A stretch of DNA of 64,000 nt from Bacilli bacterium. Lineage in GTDB: Bacteria > Bacillota_I > Bacilli_A > RFN20 > CAG-288. The notes beneath the pieces were generated by a model. That model was not told the DNA's origin. It did not search any database and worked only from the letters and a program-made list of their open reading frames with translations. The translations under genes and the position numbers were made by a program. Below, in pieces: positions 1-8,765 of this stretch. Positions within the stretch are counted from its first letter, which is position 1. Each line of letters opens with the position of its first letter. The stretch is from contig JALCRV010000011.1 of the NCBI GenBank assembly GCA_022652945.1, positions 6,297 to 70,296 on the forward strand, in the 5' to 3' direction.

Positions 1-1
1 C

Positions 2-691
2 TTCGGCGGCTCGCCGGCCGAAGTCCTCTTCGACAACATGAAGACGGTGGCGGACCGCTCGCAGGGCGAGTTCGGGCAAGGAAAGGTCAACTCCGCCTTC
101 GCGGCGTTCGCGAAGGACTGCCTCTTCGAGCCGATGCTTTGCAAGGCCATGCATCCCTACACCAAGGGGAAGGCTGAGGACCTCGCGAAGCTGATGGAGA
201 GGCTCCGCCCGTACGACGGCGAGTTCTCTTCGCTCGAGGAGCTCAACTCCATCGTCCGCCGGCTGCTGGAGGGGCTTAACTCCGAGGCCTCTCAGGCCAC
301 CGGCAGGAAGCCTTCCGAGGCACTCCTCGCGGAGAGGCCGCTCCTGAGGATGCCAGACGCCGATGCCGCAAGGAGGCACCATCTGGACGTGCCTGCCATG
401 AGGAAGGTGTCGCGCGAGGCCCTGGTGACGTTCGAGGGATGCAAGTACTCTGTGATGCCGAAGATGATAGGCAAGACCGTCGAGCTGACGGCCAGGGACG
501 GGACGCTAACGATCTCGCTCGGGAATGAGATCGTCTCGACCCACCGCATCACAGGCAAGAGATGGAACTTCGACAAGCAGGACTACATCGCGATCATGAA
601 GTCGAAGGCCTACAGGGACGTGCCGGACGACCAGGTCGAGAGGGTGGCCGAGAGCAACCTCAGGATCTACGACCAGCTGGGGGCGATGTGA
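2..691 (+). CDS. istA: IS21 transposase IstA (5' truncated by window edge)
   Basis: Frame open from position 2: FGGSPAEVLFDNMKT, then TKGKAE and a C-terminal YSV beta-barrel region typical of IstA. Confidence 0.92.
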   Translation, partial: FGGSPAEVLFDNMKTVADRSQGEFGQGKVNSAFAAFAKDCLFEPMLCKAMHPYTKGKAEDLAKLMERLRPYDGEFSSLEELNSIVRRLLEGLNSEASQATGRKPSEALLAERPLLRMPDADAARRHHLDVPAMRKVSREALVTFEGCKYSVMPKMIGKTVELTARDGTLTISLGNEIVSTHRITGKRWNFDKQDYIAIMKSKAYRDVPDDQVERVAESNLRIYDQLGAM

Positions 692-692
692 T

Positions 693-1502
693 ATGGCTGA
701 TATGACGGAATACCAGAGGCTCCGCGAGAACCTCAGGAAGCTCAAGCTGACGAAGAACGACGAGTACCTGCCCGGCTATGTGGACTCCGGCCAGGGGGAC
801 GGGAAGCCGCTGGTGACGGCGCTGAGGGAGCTCACCGACGAGGAGATCCGCTTCAGGGACGAGAGGACCGCCGACATGAACTTCAAGCTCTCCAACTTCC
901 CAGGCAGGAAGACGTTCGACGACTTCGACTTCGCGTACCAGCCGTCCGTCGACCGGGCGAGGATCATGGACCTGAGGACGCTCCGCTTCCTCGAGGAGGC
1001 GGAGAACGTGGTGTTCATCGGCTCGTCGGGGGTCGGCAAGACGCACCTGGCGACCGCGATCGGGATAGAGGCCTCCTCGAGCCACGTGGCCACATACTTC
1101 ATCACATTCAGGAGCCTCGTAGAGAGGCTGAGGAAGGCCGCCGCCGAGGGACGGGAGGAACAGACGATCAAGAACGTGTGCAAGTACGGCCTCCTCATCA
1201 TCGACGAGATAGGCTACTTCTCGGTGGACCGGGAGGTGGCTAACCTCTTCTTCCAGCTTGTCGCCGCGCGGTACGAGAGGCGCTCGATCGTGGTGACGAC
1301 CAACCAGCCTTTCTCCAAATGGGGCGAGGTCTTCGGCGATCCGGTGATAGCAAACGCCATCATCGACCGCCTGGTCCATCACTCGCAGATCTTCAAGATC
1401 ACCGGTAGGTCCTACCGGATCAAGGGGCTTATCGAGGAGGAAGAGCCGGCAGAGCCCCTAGGGGCTGCAAAGGAGGAAAACACACAGAAAAAGCAAGGAT
1501 GA
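693..1502 (+). CDS. istB: IS21 helper AAA+ ATPase IstB
   Basis: FDFAYQP, Walker A GSSGVGKT, Walker B LLIIDEIGY, TTN, AIIDRLVHH, GRSYR. Confidence 0.96.
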   Translation: MADMTEYQRLRENLRKLKLTKNDEYLPGYVDSGQGDGKPLVTALRELTDEEIRFRDERTADMNFKLSNFPGRKTFDDFDFAYQPSVDRARIMDLRTLRFLEEAENVVFIGSSGVGKTHLATAIGIEASSSHVATYFITFRSLVERLRKAAAEGREEQTIKNVCKYGLLIIDEIGYFSVDREVANLFFQLVAARYERRSIVVTTNQPFSKWGEVFGDPVIANAIIDRLVHHSQIFKITGRSYRIKGLIEEEEPAEPLGAAKEENTQKKQG

Positions 1503-1511
1503 ATACGACAT

Positions 1512-1560
1512 CCTACAAATTCAATTGTCAGAAACCGACAAATTTATATTGTCATTTACA
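1512..1560 (+). repeat. IS21 right end with two tandem transposase-binding repeats
   Basis: CCTACAAATTCAATTGTCA (1512-1530) and CCGACAAATTTATATTGTCA (1535-1554), followed by TTTACA; minus strand reads TGTAAATGACAAT... Confidence 0.85.
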
Positions 1561-1697
1561 CCTGACTTCAGCATCCCGAACGCCAGGTCCATCAGAAGCT
1601 TCCTCTTCGGGACGCCGAGTCCCCTGAACATGAAGCCCTCCATGAACGAGGTGAGCGAGGCTATGAAAGCGCGTGAAAAATTGCTAGAATCTGACAT
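1561..1697 (-). pseudogene. N-terminal fragment of an IS4-like transposase
   Basis: RBS AAAGGAGG, ATG at 1697, MSDSSNFSRAFIASLTSFMEGFMFRGLGVPKRKLLMDLAFGMLKSG, then the IS21 end. Confidence 0.6.
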
Positions 1698-1877
1698 GAA
1701 AACGGCCCTCCTTTCTCGGGCGTAGGCGGAAACTGGGGTTCCCGCTAATATCCTAATAGAAAAGAGGCCGTTTTCCTAACTATTTCAAAAAAACGCCGTA
1801 TTTTGCCGGGCGGAAAAAACACCCGATGTAAAAAACCTACAAACTCATATAAGTTATACGATTATTTGACATCAGTG
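1561..1877 (-). mobile_element. Left end of a second IS (probably IS4 family) interrupted by the IS21 element
   Basis: Transposase-like N-terminus cut exactly at the IS21 end; putative terminal IR (CA)CTGATGTCAAATAATCG at 1877/1875, resembling the IS10-type CTGATG end. Confidence 0.6.
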
Positions 1878-1895
1878 ATTCATAGCTTCTATAAT
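1866..1895 (+). promoter_or_regulatory. Consensus sigma-A promoter, probably hybrid (-35 within the IS end)
   Basis: TTGACA (1866-1871), 18 bp, TATAAT (1890-1895). Confidence 0.7.
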
Positions 1896-1937
1896 TTTTT
1901 TACTTGATAAATATGCTTTATAAAACCGGAGGCAAAA

Positions 1938-2033
1938 ATGTTAATTGAGCGAAGAAAAGCTAAAGGATTCCAGGAAATAATCGTTTCGCTTCACCAAGAT
2001 TCTTTCCGCCTCTATAGGTTTGAACATGCCTAA
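1938..2033 (+). CDS. 31-aa upstream ORF overlapping the TIR gene start
   Basis: GGAGG RBS 6 nt before ATG; MLIERRKAKGFQEIIVSLHQDSFRLYRFEHA; stop overlaps the ATG at 2026. Confidence 0.4.
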   Translation: MLIERRKAKGFQEIIVSLHQDSFRLYRFEHA

Positions 2034-2841
2034 AGCATTTGATCCACTTTCTTTAGCTCCTGAAGAAAGACCATGGATTTTCATCTCCTATTCCAACCAC
2101 GACATCCTGAAAGCCAGGGCCATACGCAACTACTTTGAAAAAGCGGGGGCCGAACCGATTCTCTTTTACCTTAAGGGCGAACAAAATTGTCCCCAAGAAG
2201 AGCTCTTGGCGTTAATTCAAAAAGAAATCAGTGCCCGCGAATATTTTATTTACCTCGATTCGCCTTTTGCTCGCGTGTCCCCTTATGTTCAACAAGAACT
2301 TTCTGACCTCAAAGCTTGTCGTAAGGAAATTTTTTTGAAAATCGCTATGGAGAATCTCACGCTTGATCCCTCGGGATTACTCCCGGGAAAAAAGGAGAGT
2401 GAAGACTTAGCCCACCACCTCGATTCGCTCTTTAAACTTGACCGGATTTTTATATCTGCACCTCACCTACTGGACCATATAGAGCGAAAAATCAAAGATC
2501 TTCTCCTTAAGCATGGCTTCCATCCCCAAGAAGAGGACCCTTTAGCTGGGGATAATTGGACTGAAAACGTTGAAGATACCATCGATGCGTCAGACTTCAT
2601 TTTGGCGTTGGTGGATAAGAATTCGCTCTGCTCCAACTATTGGAAATTTGAAATCGATCACGCCATAGTCGAAAACAAAACAATCATCCCCCTATTCATA
2701 AACGAAATTCCCCCAATGGTCTATTCGAGCACGGAAGGGTTGTCTTTAATCGAACGGCAGGGTCTCATTTTTTATCCGGAAAAAGACCCCAACGGGGTGG
2801 AACTAATCAGAAGTCTAATTTGTTATTTCCGCAGCTTATAA
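2026..2841 (+). CDS. Tandem TIR-domain protein (two TIR_2-like domains)
   Basis: IFISYSNHD...SPYVQQEL and IFISAPH...IDASDFILALV...SNYWKFEIDHAIVENKTIIPLF. Confidence 0.85.
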   Translation: MPKAFDPLSLAPEERPWIFISYSNHDILKARAIRNYFEKAGAEPILFYLKGEQNCPQEELLALIQKEISAREYFIYLDSPFARVSPYVQQELSDLKACRKEIFLKIAMENLTLDPSGLLPGKKESEDLAHHLDSLFKLDRIFISAPHLLDHIERKIKDLLLKHGFHPQEEDPLAGDNWTENVEDTIDASDFILALVDKNSLCSNYWKFEIDHAIVENKTIIPLFINEIPPMVYSSTEGLSLIERQGLIFYPEKDPNGVELIRSLICYFRSL

Positions 2842-3019
2842 GACTTTAGATCTCAAAGCTCCATCTTCGACTTGTCGCCCAACAATATGGCTGAACTGAT
2901 GGTTTTTTACGAGAATGTGGCCTCCACATATCCGGGAACGACCTACGTAGGGGACTGGAAAAATGTGGACGGCATCCACGTGGCCGTGCCGAACAAATCG
3001 ATTTAGGAGGGAGGGTCAT

Positions 3020-3799
3020 ATGAATAAAAACACAACTGAAAAAGAATTACGTTCTTTATTTCAGGTCTTAGAGAAGAACGCTAAAGCTTTGTGGACAGAA
3101 GCGACGAAAGAGGATTACTTGACGACATTCCGATCATTCGCGCCGACAAAAACCCTCTGCGGTCCTTTTCCCAAACACGATTGCTGTCCTAGTTTAGGTT
3201 ATTGCACGAGAAATCCGATCGTTTTGGCAGCGAACGGTGAAAAAATCGCTGTGCCGACGATGAGAAAATACTCGAATAATCATCTCGAATATATTTATGA
3301 CGAAGGGGGGAGAATCCGCTATGTCAAAAGCGTCTGCGGGCTTGATGGCCATCTTTTTGGTGTCTTCCTCGTTTTAGAAGGGCGGGCGGATTTTTTCGAT
3401 GAGGAGGGAAAACTCCAGGAAATCGTCCTCTGGGGCGAGGAGGATGGGCTTTCTTTCGAGACTGAGATTTCTTTTCGTTACCTCTCTCAGGTGGTGAAGC
3501 GGATCATGCTTGATAAGGCCCATTTCCTTTCATTCCAATCGGGGCCGACCGCGCGGGAAGTGACGCTCTTCCGGCTCGAGGGGAAGGACCTCTACGAGTG
3601 TGTAAAACTTTTCCGCGAGGACAAAGCGGATAACGAAATCGAGGGAAACGGCGTGGTCGGCAGAGAGTGGCTCATCGATGTCAGGGATACTATCAAAACA
3701 GAGACTTCAAAACTAGGAAAGCATCCTTCGGAGGACGAGGTCGGCGCGGCTTTAGAGTCCGTTTTTAAGAAACTAATCCCCGGGCAAGGGCGGGATTAA
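3020..3799 (+). CDS. Hypothetical protein
   Basis: ORF with strong RBS (AGGAGGGAGGG) before ATG 3020; no family recognised. Confidence 0.7.
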   Translation: MNKNTTEKELRSLFQVLEKNAKALWTEATKEDYLTTFRSFAPTKTLCGPFPKHDCCPSLGYCTRNPIVLAANGEKIAVPTMRKYSNNHLEYIYDEGGRIRYVKSVCGLDGHLFGVFLVLEGRADFFDEEGKLQEIVLWGEEDGLSFETEISFRYLSQVVKRIMLDKAHFLSFQSGPTAREVTLFRLEGKDLYECVKLFREDKADNEIEGNGVVGREWLIDVRDTIKTETSKLGKHPSEDEVGAALESVFKKLIPGQGRD

Positions 3800-3960
3800 A
3801 TATTTGTCGGAATAGATTTTTTTAAATGGTGGTCCTAACCATAATCCTGATAATTTATTAAATCGAATTAAGGAAGCCCATCGGAATTATGGTAAAATAA
3901 AATTAGAAACAACTTTCTTGATGTATTAGGGGGAGAAACTAAGTTGGATGTTTTTAAAAA

Positions 3961-6558
3961 ATGATTAAAGCTGATAACCTGACGAAAATATATAGAACCA
4001 AAAAGAAAGAAGAAACTAAAGCTTTAGATTCCTTGTCTTTTGTCTTGCCTGAAAAGGGAATGATTTATATAGTTGGCAAATCAGGCAGCGGTAAATCGAC
4101 ATTGCTGAACTTGATTGGGGGTCTAGATAATATTACCTCTGGTGAAATAGTTAGCTTTGGCAATAAATTATCCCAAATGTCTAGCAGTGATTTGGAAAAT
4201 TATCGGAACACACTTATCGGCTTTATTTTCCAAGACTTTTATTTACTCGATGATCTTACGATTTTCGAGAATATTAAATTAACTTTGAATCTTCAGAATC
4301 TAAGTGATGATAATGAGGTCTATCAAGTATTAAGGAAGGTGGATTTAGAAGGGTATGCTAATAGATATCCTAAAGAATTATCTGGTGGGCAAAAGCAAAG
4401 AGTTGCGATAGCCCGCGCCTTAGTCAAAAAGCCTAAGATCATACTGGCAGATGAACCGACGGGGAATTTAGATGATAAGACAACAAAGCAAATCACCGAA
4501 TTACTTAAAGTAATTTCCCAAGACACCTTAGTCATCATTGTTTCCCATAATTTAAATGATGCCTATGAAAACGCCGATAGGATTATTGAATTAAGTGAGG
4601 GACGTATTATCAATGACATGGTTCATAACGATAAGCACGCCAGCAATGTTGTAGTTAAAAATGATGTTTTATATATTCCGCTTCAGAAGAAATTGAGCGA
4701 AGAAGAATTAGAGAATATCAGGGTTGCCTGCGAAGAAAAGAAAATCAAAAAAATAATCCAAGAAAATAATCAATTTAAGACGACTCCAAAAATTGACTAT
4801 GTGGAAAACAAAACGAAACTAAACGATCAATCAATGTCGTTTTCTGAGCGGCTTAAATTGTGTGGGAAATTTAGCAAATCAGGGATTATCAAAATGATAA
4901 TTTCTAGCATCATTGCAGCCTTTCTTGTTGTTATTTTAGCATTATCGCAAACAATATCATCCTTTGATAAATATGAAGCCTTGGAAAAGAATATGGTCGC
5001 CTCTGACGAGAGCTCATTATTGATTGCAAAAAGCGATTACCTGACAACGGAAGAAGGATTGAATGCTTTTATACCCATCACAGAGGAGGAAATTAATGGA
5101 TATTATCAATCTGGCTACTCTTTTAAAATCAATAGGGTAATCAATTTAGGTCTTCCTTTGGGTGTGAATTATCCATATGGCACCCAGATTTATAATACCA
5201 ATCCTTTGACAGGCTTTTATATTATGGAAACCTTAGGGACAATGATAACTAATGAGAGATTTCTAGTGAATAAGTATGGTGTAAATAATAGTTTATCCAT
5301 AGATACTTATGGTGCTGATTATAAGAAATCCGGTGTCTATATTACGGATTATTTCGCTGATTGCATTATTTACCATGCAAATAAAAAATATAAGAAATAT
5401 GAGGATATTGTTAAGGAATTCTGCCCTTATACAAATCATGGACACATCTATATTAATGGAATAATCCAAACAAATTATAAAGAAAGATATAAAGAAATTC
5501 TGGGAAAATCAGAAACGGAAACCACCTTATCCGAATTAGAAAAAGATCCTGAATATCGAAAATTCTACGATGAAGTAGTTCAATATTTGGCTTTGGACTA
5601 CACTTATAACGAAAACATCATTGACGATATCATTAGTGAAAAAACAAGGACGTTTGCTAACGCTTTATCTGTTACGGTTAACAGAGAAAAAAAGCTCGAT
5701 ACTTATGATGATGTTTCAACGGCGAGCTTCTACAATATGGAATTAGAAGAAAATGAGATAGTCATGGACTATCGAACCTACAACGCTTGTTTCAATGCTA
5801 ATTATTCGCCTAATGACTTAGGAAATTTTGCCCCAATCGAGACCACTCTGCAATTTTATAATAGATCAGATATCTTAAAGAAGAATCCTATTGTGTCGTA
5901 TAACGTCAAAATCAAAAAGATAGCTCAAATTCCTTCATCCATTAAAATTATTATGAGCAATGCCAATTTTGGCGATTATTTTAAGAAATCTATTGTAAAT
6001 TACGGCTTGTGTTTTGATAACCTTGACCAATTGCATCTTGTGCTTTCAAAGGCGGAAGACAATCATTGTCTGCCTTTGTCTATTTTAACAAGATCAATAA
6101 TGACGATGGCCCAAGCTGTAGAAGCGTTTAACAAGTTTTTTAAGTTGATCTTTGCTGTCATTGCTACAGCCTGCATTCTTATCATCATCCGTTTCGGCTT
6201 GAGGATAGTAAAGGACAGGGTATTTGAGATAGGGGTCATGAAAGCTTTAGGAGCAAAAAGCGAAGATTTGCTATCGATATTTGTTATTCAGATTATTTGC
6301 TTGGGATTATCCATCTGTCTCTTGTCTAGTGTGGGGATGTATTTCTTCATCGGCTTAGCGAATGATGTCTTAGTCAAATCTCTCTGTCAGCTAGCTCAAT
6401 CAAGTATTATGATCGATATCAAATTGCTGTCCTTCAAACCTAAAATCATTGGAATAGATTCCTTGGCAGTGATGATCTTATCCTTGGTTTCCACTATTGT
6501 TCCATTATTTGCAATGCGCATGATTAAGCCAATCAATATCATCAAAGCAAAAGAATAA
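3961..6558 (+). CDS. MacB/FtsX-type ABC transporter, fused ATPase + permease
   Basis: GKSGSGKS, LSGGQKQR, LADEPTGNLD; one TM, large extracellular loop, C-terminal EIGVMKALGA FtsX domain; AT-rich. Confidence 0.92.
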   Translation: MIKADNLTKIYRTKKKEETKALDSLSFVLPEKGMIYIVGKSGSGKSTLLNLIGGLDNITSGEIVSFGNKLSQMSSSDLENYRNTLIGFIFQDFYLLDDLTIFENIKLTLNLQNLSDDNEVYQVLRKVDLEGYANRYPKELSGGQKQRVAIARALVKKPKIILADEPTGNLDDKTTKQITELLKVISQDTLVIIVSHNLNDAYENADRIIELSEGRIINDMVHNDKHASNVVVKNDVLYIPLQKKLSEEELENIRVACEEKKIKKIIQENNQFKTTPKIDYVENKTKLNDQSMSFSERLKLCGKFSKSGIIKMIISSIIAAFLVVILALSQTISSFDKYEALEKNMVASDESSLLIAKSDYLTTEEGLNAFIPITEEEINGYYQSGYSFKINRVINLGLPLGVNYPYGTQIYNTNPLTGFYIMETLGTMITNERFLVNKYGVNNSLSIDTYGADYKKSGVYITDYFADCIIYHANKKYKKYEDIVKEFCPYTNHGHIYINGIIQTNYKERYKEILGKSETETTLSELEKDPEYRKFYDEVVQYLALDYTYNENIIDDIISEKTRTFANALSVTVNREKKLDTYDDVSTASFYNMELEENEIVMDYRTYNACFNANYSPNDLGNFAPIETTLQFYNRSDILKKNPIVSYNVKIKKIAQIPSSIKIIMSNANFGDYFKKSIVNYGLCFDNLDQLHLVLSKAEDNHCLPLSILTRSIMTMAQAVEAFNKFFKLIFAVIATACILIIIRFGLRIVKDRVFEIGVMKALGAKSEDLLSIFVIQIICLGLSICLLSSVGMYFFIGLANDVLVKSLCQLAQSSIMIDIKLLSFKPKIIGIDSLAVMILSLVSTIVPLFAMRMIKPINIIKAKE

Positions 6559-6638
6559 TCTAAAGCAATCAGTATTTTATCAGCCCTCTTTTTTCCACCA
6601 AGAAGAGAAAAGAAGGCTTTGTACTTCCGAACGGGTGT

Positions 6639-6694
6639 TAAGGCTTAGGATCTGATGGTAACACATCGAAGTTCGATTCTTCTTAACCACACCA
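6639..6694 (+). pseudogene. Degenerate 3' half of tRNA-Leu(TAG), possible att site
   Basis: Anticodon loop CTTAGGA (TAG 6646-6648), long variable region, T-arm GAAG-TTCGATT-CTTC, 7-nt acceptor strand + A + CCA; no matching 5' acceptor strand or D-arm. Confidence 0.6.
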
Positions 6695-6791
6695 AGATTA
6701 AAGATTGGCTCAGCAAATTCTTCACTTTATTGACTGATTTTTTAAAAAAGAAGGTCGGGAATTCTTAGTAAGAAAATAAATCTTAGTCCAT

Positions 6792-6836
6792 AAAAAAGAC
6801 CGCTTCTATAAAAGGGAGGTACTTAATAGAAGCGGC
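6792..6836 (-). terminator. Rho-independent terminator of the phosphorylase-ATPase operon
   Basis: CCGCTTCTAT...ATAGAAGCGG stem with U-tract on the minus strand. Confidence 0.7.
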
Positions 6837-6862
6837 CTAAAGTAAGGAGAATGACAGCAAGA

Positions 6863-8749
6863 TTAAGCGAGGATGATAGAAATAGTGTGGTCAATGATGA
6901 AAGTCTTAGCCATGTTCAGGCTGAAATTAACAGTCCCGTTGATAGTTAGATCTTCACCCTTGACGATAAGGGAATTGCCGCTCGGGAGGAGGACTTTAGC
7001 AAATTTCTTGCCTTTACCGAAATCATATAAAGCGGTTACGGTGCCTTTAAAATCTTTCCCGGTCATATCCAGATCATAAGCGGAAGTCTTAAAATCCAGA
7101 GGTGTCTTTAAAATGACTTTGCCCTTGGCAGAGAAGAGCTTCTGGCACTGTTCCTGGCTAATCGGAAGCTTGACGCCTTCGACTTCGTAGATATAGGTCT
7201 TATATTCTTTGCTCTTCACTAATTTGCCGCTTAAGACATCGGTAGTATTAAAGGCTTCAATAGACTTGCCGTTCTGATGGAAAGAGAGTCGCGACTGATC
7301 GATGGCGATTTTGATTTCTTCGCCGTCTTTATAATCGACGCTGGGCTCAGCTAAGGCAAAGACCAGGTTGCCATCGACATCTAATTCATAAAGTTTCTTA
7401 TCCGAAACGACTTCTGAATGGCGGACTTTAGCTTTGACATCGCCGGTCCCGAAGGAAATCGCATCGGAAGGAATAAACATCTGAGCTGCGCCTTCTTCAA
7501 CCTCAGAGGAAACACCTTTTTCCAGCTTTAAAGCCACCTTGTTCATCTTGGCTTCCTGGCTGTTAATTGTGATATTGACCGTCGACTCGGACGGAATCTT
7601 CTGGATCAGGCTCTTTTCCGTAAGTGCATCGAAAACGTGGATCTTGTGTAGATCGATAGCTAGATCAATATCGTCCCCAGAACGGACATCCACATCGTGA
7701 GTTGTCTTAACGCGGATAGATTTCTCCGTATAGACGTTTCCGTTTTTGTCGCGCAGATAGCCGTAGATGATGGTTTCTCCGCCTAAGACTTCCACGATAT
7801 CAACGTTCAGCTTGACCCTGGCCAGATAAGGGAATTTATCAGCATCCATCCACTCTTCATGGACTAAGAAATTATCCGGACGGATACCTAAGCAAATCTT
7901 CTTAGCACCATCCATATAGGAAGTCGAGATCCGATCGACTAGACCATACGGGCAGGTAAACTCCACACCGTTATCTAAAGAGAAGAGAACATCTTCGCCG
8001 TCTTTTTTCATCGTTCCGTCAAAGAAATCCATCTGCGGAGTGCCGATAAAGCCAGCGACGAACTTATTAGCGGGGTAATTATAAACATTCTTCGGCGTAT
8101 CGAACTGCTGGACATATCCGCCTTTCATGACGACGATACGCGTTCCCATCGTCATAGCTTCAGTCTGGTCATGAGTAACATAGATAAAGGTCGTGCCTAA
8201 GCGGTTATGCAGTTTGGAGATTTCCGAACGCATATCGCCTCTGAGTTTGGCATCGAGGTTAGAAAGCGGCTCATCAAGAAGGAAGACTTTAGGCGAACGC
8301 ACGATAGCGCGCCCTAAGGCGACTCTCTGTCTTTGACCACCGGAAAGAGCCTTAGGCTTGCGATCAAGGTACTCCTCGATACCTAAGATTTTGGCGGCTT
8401 CATGGACTTTCTTATCGATTTCATCTTTCGGGACACGGGAAATCCGAAGCCCGTAAGCGATGTTCTCATAAACAGTCATATGCGGATACAGAGCGTAATT
8501 TTGGAAGACCATGGCTATGTTGCGGTCTTTCGGTGTCAGATCATTGACGATGCGCCCGTCGATTCTCAGTTCGCCGGCGGAGATTTCCTCCAGGCCTGCG
8601 ATCATTCTTAAAGTTGTGGATTTTCCGCAGCCCGAAGGCCCGACAAAGACGATGAACTCCTTATCGTTAATGCTCAGCGTCATGTCGTTAACCGCCTTGA
8701 CGCCTCCCTGATAGACTTTGTAGATGTGGTTTAATTCAACGCTGGCCAT
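6863..8749 (-). CDS. msmX: MalK/MsmX-type sugar ABC ATPase with long C-terminal extension
   Basis: GPSGCGKST, VFQNYALYPH, LSGGQRQR, LLDEPLSNLD, YVTHDQ; about 250 extra aa of TOBE-like repeats. Confidence 0.9.
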   Translation of the reverse strand: MASVELNHIYKVYQGGVKAVNDMTLSINDKEFIVFVGPSGCGKSTTLRMIAGLEEISAGELRIDGRIVNDLTPKDRNIAMVFQNYALYPHMTVYENIAYGLRISRVPKDEIDKKVHEAAKILGIEEYLDRKPKALSGGQRQRVALGRAIVRSPKVFLLDEPLSNLDAKLRGDMRSEISKLHNRLGTTFIYVTHDQTEAMTMGTRIVVMKGGYVQQFDTPKNVYNYPANKFVAGFIGTPQMDFFDGTMKKDGEDVLFSLDNGVEFTCPYGLVDRISTSYMDGAKKICLGIRPDNFLVHEEWMDADKFPYLARVKLNVDIVEVLGGETIIYGYLRDKNGNVYTEKSIRVKTTHDVDVRSGDDIDLAIDLHKIHVFDALTEKSLIQKIPSESTVNITINSQEAKMNKVALKLEKGVSSEVEEGAAQMFIPSDAISFGTGDVKAKVRHSEVVSDKKLYELDVDGNLVFALAEPSVDYKDGEEIKIAIDQSRLSFHQNGKSIEAFNTTDVLSGKLVKSKEYKTYIYEVEGVKLPISQEQCQKLFSAKGKVILKTPLDFKTSAYDLDMTGKDFKGTVTALYDFGKGKKFAKVLLPSGNSLIVKGEDLTINGTVNFSLNMAKTFIIDHTISIILA

Positions 8750-8765
8750 CTTAGTTTCCTCCTTT

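Larger units (their letters stand above)
1..1560 (+). mobile_element. IS21-family insertion sequence (left part outside window)
   Basis: istA+istB tandem, visibly more GC-rich than the rest of the window, ends in ...TTGTCATTTACA (CA terminus) at 1560 with internal repeats. Confidence 0.93.

Noticed and set aside
660-1382. 240-aa minus-strand ORF and other ORFs antisense to istA/istB
   Set aside because: Shadow frames of GC-rich IS21 genes; no RBS or recognisable motifs
1525-1725. 66-aa plus-strand ORF
   Set aside because: Starts inside the IS21 terminal repeat and is antisense to the better-supported transposase fragment
6619-6694. Intact tRNA gene
   Set aside because: No 5' acceptor strand complementary to TAACCAC, no D-arm, and mismatches in the anticodon and T stems; kept only as a remnant
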